A stretch of DNA of 63,616 bases, the filler included, from Octopus bimaculoides (lineage: Eukaryota): assembly GCF_001194135.2 (NCBI RefSeq). It is 3 parts of 3 records of this genome, joined end to end, with 100 filler letters (N's around TTAATTAATTAA, not from the genome) between each part and the next. Parts side by side here need not be neighbours in the genome. Positions count along the whole stretch, not along the records: positions 37,985 to 63,616 come from NC_068991.1; 2 more parts are not named here. One strand, given 5' to 3'. Positions within the stretch are counted from its first letter, which is position 1; every line of letters starts with the position of its first letter. The notes beneath the pieces are model-generated. The model did no database searches. It was not told where the DNA came from and saw nothing but the letters and a program-made list of their open reading frames with translations. The position numbers and the translations under genes were made by a program. This document shows, piece after piece, positions 53,070 through 63,616 of this stretch.

Positions 53070-53409
53070 TTCTCTTACTCTTTTGCTCTTTTACTTGTTT
53101 CAGTCTTTTGACTGTGGCCATGCTGGAGCACCGCCTTTAGTCGAGCAAATCGACCCCAGGACTTATTCTTTGGAAGCCTAGTACTTATTCTATCGGTCTC
53201 TTTTGCTGAACCGCTAAGTTACGGGGACATAAACACACCAGCATCTGTTGTCAAGCGATGTTGGGGGGACAAACACAGACATACAAACACATACACACAT
53301 ACATATATATATATATACATATGTACGACAGGCTTCTTTCAGTCTCCGTCTACCAAATCCACTCACAAGGCTTTGGTCGGCCCGAGGCTATAGTAGAAGA
53401 CACTTGCCC
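53070..53409 (-). mobile_element. SINE family A (head lost in gap)
   Basis: Near-identical to 8600-8905 in reverse. Confidence 0.85.
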
Positions 53410-53640
53410 NNNNNNNNNNNNNNNNNNNNNNNNNNNNNNNNNNNNNNNNNNNNNNNNNNNNNNNNNNNNNNNNNNNNNNNNNNNNNNNNNNNNNNNNNNN
53501 NNNNNNNNNNNNNNNNNNNNNNNNNNNNNNNNNNNNNNNNNNNNNNNNNNNNNNNNNNNNNNNNNNNNNNNNNNNNNNNNNNNNNNNNNNNNNNNNNNNN
53601 NNNNNNNNNNNNNNNNNNNNNNNNNNNNNNNNNNNNNNNN

Positions 53641-53674
<34 letters not shown>

Positions 53675-54479
53675 CGTTTAGCAGAAGTATCAGAGTGAGT
53701 CATGTTCCGAGAGTTTCGTTCATTGTCACTTATCACACCATTTCAGGTTGAAGGTCTGTGTGTTTATATAGCTGTTGATAAATTTATATAGTTGTTTATA
53801 TAGCTGTTAAATAAATAAATATATTTCCTTATGGAATATTCTAGAACGAATGATAATAATGTCACGTGGATAATTCAAAAAATTCAAAATTTTACGCGTT
53901 ATGTCGTTCAATAAGCAAATACATAAATAAATAAGAAACACAGAGGGAAAAAGAAATACAACAAAAAAGGATATTGAGCGTGACATCACACACACATACA
54001 CATACTCACATATACACACACGCATACGCACATACACGTACCAAAACAAATCCCACAAAATTCGTACATCTGTTATAATAACAGCGAAAATTTGTCTGCT
54101 GGAACTCCTGTATCTCAGCCTACATTTGCTCTACATGGACATATTATACCTTTTTGGAATCAGAATGGTCCCGGGATTGAAAATCTGCCCGCCATTTGGT
54201 TCTTGAACATCCAGTTATAGGATCTGATTTAAAAACATTTGTGTTCCTACTTCTAGCAAGTAAAGCTTGGCTGATTCACGTCATCTTTGTTGGCGTTTGT
54301 CAGATGACGTCAGAGATCAAAGGGGAGATAAATGACATTCGCTTCGTTAATTTTACGTCGGGATAAGAATTTTCGAACAAACTGGCCAACAGTTGGAATT
54401 CAACTTGGAATTGGAACAATAGAATGATTGCGTTACAGAATTAATTCTCATCCGTCCTTAACCTCTGATCAAACATCAC

Positions 54480-54641
54480 CGGGACATGACTGTGTAGTTA
54501 GAAGCTTGGTTCCTAACCACATGGTCCTGTGTTCAGTCCCACTATGTGGCACCTTCAGCAAGTGTCTTCTGCTATAGCCTCGGGCCGACCAAAGCCTTGT
54601 GATTTGTAGATTTGGTAGACGGAAACTGAAAGAAGCCCGTC

Positions 54642-54693
<52 letters not shown>

Positions 54694-54910
54694 GTATGTA
54701 TGTATTTGTGTGTCTGTATTTGTCCGTCACCATCGCTTGACGACTGATGTTGGTGTGTTTACGTCCCCGTAACTTAGTGGTTTGGCAAAAGAGTTCGATA
54801 GGATAAGTACTAGGTTTACAAAGAATAAGTCCTGAGGTCGATTAGTTCGGTTAAAGGCGGTGCTCCAGCATGGCCACAGTCATATGTCTGAAACAAGTAA
54901 GAGAGTAAAA
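54480..54910 (+). mobile_element. SINE family A, full length
   Basis: Head, internal (TA)n, tail GAAACAAGTAAGAGAGTAAAAG. Confidence 0.85.
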
Positions 54911-56177
54911 GTGTATACTATTTATGCTATTTATCTCTGATAAGGCAGGGTGCCAATTAGTCCTCCGCAGGAGTTAGCTTGACAATCCAAGCTGAGTGCG
55001 ACTTTTAATCTGGTGCATATGCACGAGAAAGTAAACATGAATTAGACGTATTGATTTGCATGCATATATATATATATATATATATATATACATGGATACT
55101 CATATATATGCAGATGCGTGTACACATACACACATACACACATACATACATATATAAAAACACACACACACATACAAGCACATACAGGTGTTGGACAAAA
55201 TTATTATTATTATTATTATTGTTATTATTATCATCATTATTTTATGATTTTTACTTTGTATTATATTACGCTTATTTATTGTGCTTTTACTTATTAATTT
55301 TTCTATATGTGACTGGATTTTCATCGATGAGTTCATGAACCTTGGTTCTTTTCCCTAAAACTATATATATATATATATATATATAAACAAATAGTAAATT
55401 AGTATATGCATATATACGTACAGGTATGTGCATACCGACATCCACCTGTATGTATAGGTGCATATCTGGGTACAGGACATTGCAAACAAACGTAGACGAG
55501 AACACACGAGCCACATAGAGAACATTCTACTTCATCAGCTACCCACGTTTTAACACCGGCGTTTCGACGAGCTTCGGGCAGGACGCATCGTTAAAACGGC
55601 TCGTCCCATGGATCGCAGATNNNNNNNNNNNNNNNNNNNNNNNNNNNNNNNNNNNNNNNNNNNNNNNNNNNNNNNNNNNNNNNNNNNNNNNNNNNNNNNN
55701 NNNNNNNNNNNNNNNNNNNNNNNNNNNNNNNNNNNNNNNNNNNNNNNNNNNNNNNNNNNNNNNNNNNNNNNNNNNNNNNNNNNNNNNNNNNNNNNNNNNN
55801 NNNNNNNNNNNNNNNNNNNNNNNNNNNNNNNNNNNNNNNNNNNNNNNNNNNNNNNNNNNNNNNNNNNNNNNNNNNNNNNNNNNNNNNNNNNNNNNNNNNN
55901 NNNNNNNNNNNNNNNNNNNNNNNNNNNNNNNNNNNNNNNNNNNNNNNNNNNNNNNNNNNNNNNNNNNNNNNNNNNNNNNNNNNNNNNNNNNNNNNNNNNN
56001 NNNNNNNNNNNNNNNNNNNNNNNNNNNNNNNNNNNNNNNNNNNNNNNNNNNNNNNNNNNNNNNNNNNNNNNNNNNNNNNNNNNNNNNNNNNNNNNNNNNN
56101 NNNNNNNNNNNNNNNNNNNNNNNNNNNNNNNNNNNNNNNNNNNNNNNNNNNNNNNNNNNNNNNNNNNNNNNNNNNNN

Positions 56178-56227
<50 letters not shown>

Positions 56228-56829
56228 CATGCATACGTATGTACATACATACATACTCATATATACATTTACACATATAAATACACACATATATAACATG
56301 AAGCAAATAGAATATATAAAACCAGCTCTTCTTTTCTTTTCCCTTCTTTCTTTTATATGTATATATGCACACTTACATATACACAAACGGATATACATAC
56401 ATATATACGCATATGAAGTCACACATACATGCACATGCGTAAGCACATTAATGCATATGTACGCATATGCACTCCTACACATACATACGCCCACGCGTGG
56501 AATTGGACAACAGTAATGAATACAGGTTTCTGCAAAAGATATGGTTTGGCGTTTTGAGAACGGGTTTCTACGGAGCAGAGTAACCACGCCTTGTGGGCAC
56601 ACGTGTATGTATTTAAAAGCGCTCACGCACACACATACGTATGTAGACAGCCATAGATGCCATTAAATGCAATACTGAAATAAGAGTATAACACAAAATA
56701 AATAGCACTCTTTATTGTTTTACAGATACGTTGCACAAATCTGTAATCGCACATCTGAGAAGAGATATTTCTGTCAAACCGGAATTGGAGCTTCTCAAGG
56801 AAGGAACCTTCTCTCTGCGGCTGTATTCT

Positions 56830-57245
56830 TTTATTCTTTTACTTGTTTCAGTCATTTGATTGCGGCCATGCTGGAGCACCGCCTTTAGTCGAACAAATCG
56901 ACTCCAGGACTTGTTCTTTGTAAGCCTAGTTTTTAATCTATCGGTCTCTTTTGTCGAACCGCTAAATACACCAGCATCGGTTGTCAAGCGATGGTGGGGA
57001 GACAAACAGAGGCACACAAACACACACACACGCGAACGCACGCACACCCCCACACACAAACACAAACACACACACATATATATATACGACGGGCTTCTTT
57101 CAGTTTCCGTCTACCAAATCCACTCACAAAGCTTTGGTCAGCCCGAGACTATAGAAGAAGACACTTGCCCAAGGTGCCACACAGTGGGACTGAACCCGGA
57201 ACCATGTGGTTGGGAAGGAAGCTACTTAATACACAGCCACTCCTG
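56830..57245 (-). mobile_element. SINE family A, full length
   Basis: Head GGAGTGGCTGTG..GGTTCAGTCCC on minus. Confidence 0.85.
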
Positions 57246-57269
57246 CACCTTTGTGAATAAATTGCATCA

Positions 57270-58065
57270 TGTCAGTCTCTTTGCAGTGGTCAGCAGTAGA
57301 CAGCGTCATGCTGGTGTTCCATCTGCCTTGATACCTCGTCTCCGTGTCCTCGATATCTTGGTGAAATCTTTCTCCTTGCTCATCACTTATCGCCTTATGA
57401 TTTTCAAACAAGTAGTCCAGATGACTGAGAAAGCAATGCACATTTGCACTCAGAGCACGAAAACTGGTTCACAGGATCTGCACAAGATTTTCATAATTTG
57501 ATGGCTTCCTTTTTCCCAGGAAACCAGACACAACTGCAGTAAAAGCATTCCATGCTTCTGTTCCATCGCCAGACATGGTCTGCAAAAATAGTCCTGAAAT
57601 AGTCACCAATTATGTGGCCCATCAAACGTACCAACCTTAATTTTCTCACAAGACAAAACAGGAAACTTTCTGCTTAAGTATTTGAAGCAGTCATTGTCTC
57701 AGTGTTTCAAAACATGTTTCGCACACTATATAGGGTGCCCAAGCTTTGTCTTGTCACCAAGTTTCATGCTAAAGTAAGGAAGAAAGGTAAGCTTTCTTCA
57801 CAAATTATGTGATTTGGGGCTGTTTTTACATTCTCTTCTCTCACAACTGGCCATATTTCCGAAACTCAAAACATATTCAAGCCAGTTGTCAGCTGGGAAA
57901 AGCATTTTCAGAAGTCAACAGTTATAAAGTAAGCAAATGCCGATTTGTGATGGCAAAGTTCCATAAAGAGCATAGATACCATGAAGTTCTTTTTACAGTT
58001 CTTTGACCATACTTGACGAAAAGTGACCTTGACGAAAAGTGACCTTGACGAAAAGTGACCTCACT
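57270..58065 (-). pseudogene. DDE transposase C-terminal remnant, probably CMC/Chapaev-3
   Basis: FKYLSRKFP.LSCEKIKVGTFDGP, AWNAFTAVVSGFLG, HCFLSHLD..ISDEQGERFHQDI..ETRYQGRW. 16-bp TTGACGAAAAGTGACC x3 at 58013-58060. The superfamily call is from motif memory. Confidence 0.7.
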
Positions 58066-59806
58066 ATTAAAATATTAAGGAGACTTTCAAAATACCAATT
58101 TTCATAAGAAACAGTTAAATGTTAAACAGAGTTAGCGGTTATAATAACCGACTAAGGGATCAGATACGTGTGTGTATTTTTATATATCATGTATCTATGA
58201 CTGTCTACATATGTATGTGTGTGCGTGTGTGCTTTGAAATACATACACGTGAGCGCACAAGGCATGGTTACTCTGCTCTGTAGAAACCCATTCCCAACAT
58301 GCCAAACCGTATCTTTTGCAGAAACCTGGATTCATTACGTACATATGCACTAATGTGCACATACGTACATATGCACTAATGTGCATATATGCACATATGC
58401 ACTAATGTGCTTACGCATGTGCGTGCGTGCGTGTGTTTAGAAAATACAAGTGTATGTTATTAGATAAGATTTTAAAGATAATTATCTTCGTTTTGTTCTT
58501 CGGGGCCGAATATTTGGTTTATTAAGCCCTCTTTTTCATAAGAAATCCAGAAACATAAGTGTATGTAAATCCTGCTTCTCCGTCTCCTGCAACGATGTAA
58601 TCCTTGAGATACTCGATTAAGCCGTTCGAGATGGGCTTTCCAGTTATTACGATTAGTCAAAGACTATTTTGGTGTGATTTGAACTCAGAATGTGAAGTGG
58701 GGAATATATACCAAAAGGCATTTGTTGAATATTCTAGCTATTCTGCCAATCGATTAACGATGGGGGCGATATAAGAATGAACTACAAAACATTACTGTTA
58801 AGATCGAATACAAAGATGGAAGGCGAAATCAAGATAAACAATATATAACAATAAAATATCATCAACAAAAACGTAGCACTGAGAGAAAACCATCCAGGCT
58901 GATTTGAGGAACCCCACATAAAGGCTTGGATTACAGAGTACCATCAGTCAAAAGTGACCCCCCTCCAATATTTCTATCCCTTTTTTTATGGTCGTATGAT
59001 TAGAATAAGCATAATTAACCTCCTAAATCATGCTGTCTTTAGTTCTTTTTATAAAACATCCTACCTTTCCATCCTCACGTTACACTTGTGGTCGATTAGG
59101 GCTTGTCTACGATGTAAAACCCTGGTTCTCAATGTGTTTCCACTACGTTCACCACAAAACATTCTTCACTACTTGAATGACGAAGACTAACCAAATTTCC
59201 ATGCCAAAGAAAAGCGGTAGGTTGATCTTCGTCCTAGACTTGAATGATGGTGATATTTGTCATGCACGTGACAGTCACTGTTCGACACACGTCTGCAAAA
59301 TAGCAATGCATGATCAATGAACGAATGCATGCATGATGGATTTCTTGAGCTGCGAACTTCTCGGAAAGGTTCAGCTGATAGCACTTGAGTGACCATAGAT
59401 TTTGTTGTGAACATACAATATTAACCTGTATTCCTGCCAGACCAAGGACTTTTGGAAGTTGTCCATAACCTCCTAAATTAATTTACCCCAAAGAAAACTT
59501 CTCTGGCGATATTTGTCGGCATCGAGAATCGGTCTTAGCCACTGTTTTTTATATCTTCTGCTAACCCAATCTAATATGCGTTAGTTAACGTCCTACTAAC
59601 CACATTTTCTGGTTGGTAGAGTGCAGTGAACATCTGGCAACATTCCAGAACCCGAAAACCCACTTGCAGAGGTGGGAGGAGAGGAGGAGAAGGAAGAGGA
59701 AGGGAAGGAGGGGAAAGAGGCGGGAAAGGAACGGAGGACACTCTATTTCGGAATATTAAATTACGTTTTAGTGGAGCCAAGCATTTTTCAAGTGTACTAT
59801 CACTAA

Positions 59807-59846
<40 letters not shown>

Positions 59847-60954
59847 AGCACACACACACACACACNNNNNNNNNNNNNNNNNNNNNNNNNNNNNNNNNNN
59901 NNNNNNNNNNNNNNNNNNNNNNNNNNNNNNNNNNNNNNNNNNNNNNNNNNNNNNNNNNNNNNNNNNNNNNNNNNNNNNNNNNNNNNNNNNNNNNNNNNNN
60001 NNNNNNNNNNNNNNNNNNNNNNNNNNNNNNNNNNNNNNNNNNNNNNNNNNNNNNNNNNNNNNNNNNNNNNNNNNNNNNNNNNNNNNNNNNNNNNNNNNNN
60101 NNNNNNNNNNNNNNNNNNNNNNNNNNNNNNNNNNNNNNNNNNNNNNNNNNNNNNNNNNNNNNNNNNNNNNNNNNNNNNNNNNNNNNNNNNNNNNNNNNNN
60201 NNNNNNNNNNNNNNNNNNNNNNNNNNNNNNNNNNNNNNNNNNNNNNNNNNNNNNNNNNNNNNNNNNNNNNNNNNNNNNNNNNNNNNNNNNNNNNNNNNNN
60301 NNNNNNNNNNNNNNNNNNNNNNNNNNNNNNNNNNNNNNNNNNNNNNNNNNNNNNNNNNNNNNNNNNNNNNNNNNNNNNNNNNNNNNNNNNNNNNNNNNNN
60401 NNNNNNNNNNNNNNNNNNNNNNNNNNNNNNNNNNNNNNNNNNNNNNNNNNNNNNNNNNNNNNNNNNNNNNNNNNNNNNNNNNNNNNNNNNNNNNNNNNNN
60501 NNNNNNNNNNNNNNNNNNNNNNNNNNNNNNNNNNNNNNNNNNNNNNNNNNNNNNNNNNNNNNNNNNNNNNNNNNNNNNNNNNNNNNNNNNNNNNNNNNNN
60601 NNNNNNNNNNNNNNNNNNNNNNNNNNNNNNNNNNNNNNNNNNNNNNNNNNNNNNNNNNNNNNNNNNNNNNNNNNNNNNNNNNNNNNNNNNNNNNNNNNNN
60701 NNNNNNNNNNNNNNNNNNNNNNNNNNNNNNNNNNNNNNNNNNNNNNNNNNNNNNNNNNNNNNNNNNNNNNNNNNNNNNNNNNNNNNNNNNNNNNNNNNNN
60801 NNNNNNNNNNNNNNNNNNNNNNNNNNNNNNNNNNNNNNNNNNNNNNNNNAGTAACCATAAGAGCATCACAGCAAACCACAGCACATACTCAAGGCACACA
60901 GAGCTGCGCTCGCTGGTGAAGTGAAAGCACGTTATAAAAATAAAACTACTGAAC

Positions 60955-61022
<68 letters not shown>

Positions 61023-62240
61023 TAATAAAAGGTTGTGGTAAGTAATTTGAAGAAAATGTGACTTCAAGTATTATATCTCAGATCATATCCTTCTATTTGG
61101 GATTTAGCATTAATTAAGATTTTTTTGCTTTAATTTGCTTTATTTTGGGGGTTATTTTGGTGATTGTGGCGTTGGCTTGGAGTACGGTGTTGGCAGGTTG
61201 ACGAGGATAACTGACTTCCCCAATTTCACACAAGGACACAGATACACCATTCTGTCACACGACCATCCTACTTTCCTTTCACACACGTGTGTGTTGTGTG
61301 TGTGTGGAGGTTGGAGGAAGGCGTGTTTCAGTGATGCTTACACTTCGAAATCTTTGACTATATAAAAAAAGTAATATGTGTGTGTATGTATGTATGTATG
61401 TATGTATGTATGTATGTCGGATCACTTTCGAGTGCTACTGGTAACATGTAACCCAGTACAACCTGTTGCATGGTCGGGCCGTTGGCGACTAAACCGGCAA
61501 CGCCACCAGGCTTGCTTGGTGAGGAGGGTGTTTATTGGAGACCCTGCAGGTTGGAAAACAAAACCCGTCAAAGGGCGGAGGAACTCTTGAGAGTCAACGG
61601 CCATCCAATATATGTGTAATTATATATTTACTGTATATCTCCCTTTTTCTCACTAATTTTATATATTGTATATTATAGTTTGCTCATCATATATATTTTT
61701 TATATATATATTTTTATATACTCCATATCGTATATTCTATGTATATTTTGTATATCAATATTTTTTATATATCGTACGTTTTTTTTCCCTTATATCTATT
61801 TTATCTAGCTTATACCTATATTTTGCGCGGGGACATAATCGGACTGAATACCCGATCGCGCGGTTAAACCATTGGGAGTGAAGGACCCCTAGCCCTTGTT
61901 AGGGCATCCTTCTAGGAGAAGACAACTCAGGCAACTGGGATAACTCCGACATAAAACCTGCGGCTCAGTGGTTACCGATGATGTTGAATTGTTCTTCTTT
62001 TCGGGTTATGGCTACTGTTGCTTAGTGAGTGGGATTGACTCAGTGCACAGCCTTTCCTCACTTTAAAAAAATCTTCTTGCACAGGCATTGCAGGATAACA
62101 ACATTGATTGATTGATTGATTGATTGATTAATTGATTAACTAATTGATGATTCAGTTCTACATTTAAGAGATGAGGAATTATGTACATTATTTATATTAT
62201 TTACATTAGACGGATATTTGTCCTCATCTTGTTTGTTGTT

Positions 62241-62287
62241 AACACACCGTTTCGGCTGATATACCCTCCAGTCTTCATCAGGTTTCT
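62241..62287 (-). ncRNA. Minimal type I hammerhead ribozyme (inverted copy)
   Basis: GAAAC-CTGATGA-A-GACTG..CAGCC-GAAACGG-T-GTGTT. Substitutions differ from the plus copy; the two-copy consensus is a complete HHR. Confidence 0.55.
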
Positions 62288-62362
62288 TGAGAAAATTTGG
62301 CGTAGTGTTTAAGAGCGCGGGCTACTAACCCCAAGATTCCGAGTTCGATTCCAGGCAGTGAT

Positions 62363-62397
<35 letters not shown>

Positions 62398-62464
62398 TAA
62401 TAATAATGATAATAACATCGAAAAATACCTTAGAAATGAGAACCCAGGTTTGAAATTTACCCAA

Positions 62465-62510
62465 GACACCTGATGAAGGCTGGATGGTACATCAACCGAA
62501 ACGTTGTATT
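62465..62510 (+). ncRNA. Minimal type I hammerhead ribozyme
   Basis: GACAC-CTGATGA-A-GGCTG..CAACC-GAAACGT-T-GTATT; palindromic stem III ACGT. Confidence 0.7.
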
Positions 62511-63616
62511 AACAACAAACAAGATGATGACATATATCCGTCAAATGTAAATAATGTAATTGATGATTGTTGATAATGTTGTGAGTCTCAACTGAATGGC
62601 TGGCTGTAGCTTTAAAAAGCAAATAATCAATGACGTACCAAAACAATATGAAAATAAATGGCAGTAAGGACTCTGGAACCACATCAGATGAAAGAGTCTG
62701 ACTCGGCAGGCACTCCAGAGCATCACAGTCGTGCTACTGTGATAGAACCAAATGAAATATTGAATATTAGCTGTTGGAATGTACGGACGCTGCTTGACCG
62801 CGAGTCCTCAGAATATTCTGAACGAAGGACTGCTCTTGTTGCGAAGGAGCTTCGACGCTATGATCTTGATAACGTTGCTTTATCTGAGACGAGATTAGCT
62901 GGAAATGGTCATCTTACAGAATCTTGTGGAAAATATACATTCTTTTGGAAAGGGAGGAATGAAGAGTTTAGAGGAGATGATGGAGTGGCATTTGCTGTTA
63001 AGACTACTCTTGTGGACAAGTTGGAAAAATTCCCAGTCGAGCGTCTTATGTCCATGAAAATTATTTTGGTTAAAGACAATTATGTGACCTTGGTGAGTGT
63101 GTATGCTTCAACTATGTGCTCTACTGATGACGAAAAAAGTTTCTTTCTACCATGCTTTGAAGGGCATTATAAGAAACATCCCTAGGGCAGACAAAGTCAT
63201 CGTACTGGGTGACTTTAATGCTAGAGTGTGTAGGGATTTTAACACATTGACTGTAATTGGAAAGCATGGGGTGGGAAAGTGTAATAGTAATGGTATGCTT
63301 CTGCTGCAGATATGCGAGGAGCTGCGTCTGTGTGTTACCAATATCACGTTTCAACAAAAGAATAAGTTTAAAACTACATGGATGCCCCCTGCATCTAAAG
63401 AATGGCATATTCTGGATTACATCCTTGTTAGGGTGCGTGACAGACGAGATGAGCAGTGTGTTCGTGTTCTTCGTGGGGCTGAGTGTTGGACTGACCACCG
63501 CCTAATACGTGCAAAAGTGATATTAATCACAAAACGTAAAATCCGGGCTGCCTTAAAGACTGAATGTTGATCATCATAGGTGAAATAGTTATATATATAT
63601 ATATATATATATATAT

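Larger units (their letters stand above)
62153..62556 (+). mobile_element. tRNA-headed non-coding element with 3' hammerhead, inverted 5' copy of its tail, 12-bp TSD
   Basis: TSD TAATTGATGATT (62141-62152, 62557-62568). A box TGGCGTAGTG (62298), B box GAGTTCGATTCC (62341), (AAT)n. Arms 62190-62298 and 62453-62556 are inverted. Confidence 0.8.
61395..63570 (+). mobile_element. RTE (BovB-like) LINE 5' part: UTR plus apurinic endonuclease domain, frameshifted
   Basis: NISCWNVRTLLD..RRTALVAKELRRYDLDNVALSETR..GDFNARV..WHILDYILVR..CWTDHRL; frameshift near 63150; truncated at (TA)n. Whether 61395-62100 belongs to the same copy is inferred. Confidence 0.9.

Noticed and set aside
58013-58060. CRISPR-like short repeats (also 20041-20115, 16162-16280)
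   Set aside because: Units are contiguous with no spacers, in a eukaryotic context with no cas genes.
59200-59490. Minus-strand LGGYG..FQK resembling an SLC22 first exon
   Set aside because: Needs a frameshift, has no TM1 or compatible donor; the real exon is 52245-52119.
59571-61067. Long ORFs here and across other N gaps; poly-L, YI, CV, TH and ER ORFs
   Set aside because: Open only because of N runs and simple repeats.
62298-62365. tRNA gene (ACT anticodon loop); similar tRNA-like heads in the other SINEs
   Set aside because: Acceptor stem absent, anticodon and T stems mismatched; these are SINE heads.

Overview
Repeat-rich eukaryotic genomic DNA: AT-rich, dense in microsatellites, with many N gaps. 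The SINE families and overall composition look like Octopus (recognised from memory, not a database hit). One host gene is visible: a minus-strand SLC22/MFS organic-ion-transporter-like gene with four recognisable coding exons (52245-52119, 49713-49508, 40636-40434, 40088-39810). Its TM2-4 exons and C-terminal half are not visible in the sequenced bases. The rest is mostly transposon debris: at least four tRNA-derived SINE families, six Penelope-like (GIY-YIG) remnants, CR1-type and RTE-type LINE fragments, Tc1/mariner, a probable Chapaev-3 transposase, a hAT MITE and a Gypsy gag/PBS remnant. The most interesting signal is a set of minimal type I hammerhead ribozyme (HHR) folds from several unrelated repeat families. 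One of them sits in a tRNA-headed non-coding element with an inverted partial duplication and a 12-bp TSD (62153-62556), which looks like a Penelope-mobilised 'retrozyme-SINE'. Two N44-TTAATTAATTAA-N44 blocks are artificial scaffold joins. Repeat boundaries are approximate (tens of bp) unless a TSD or splice site is quoted.
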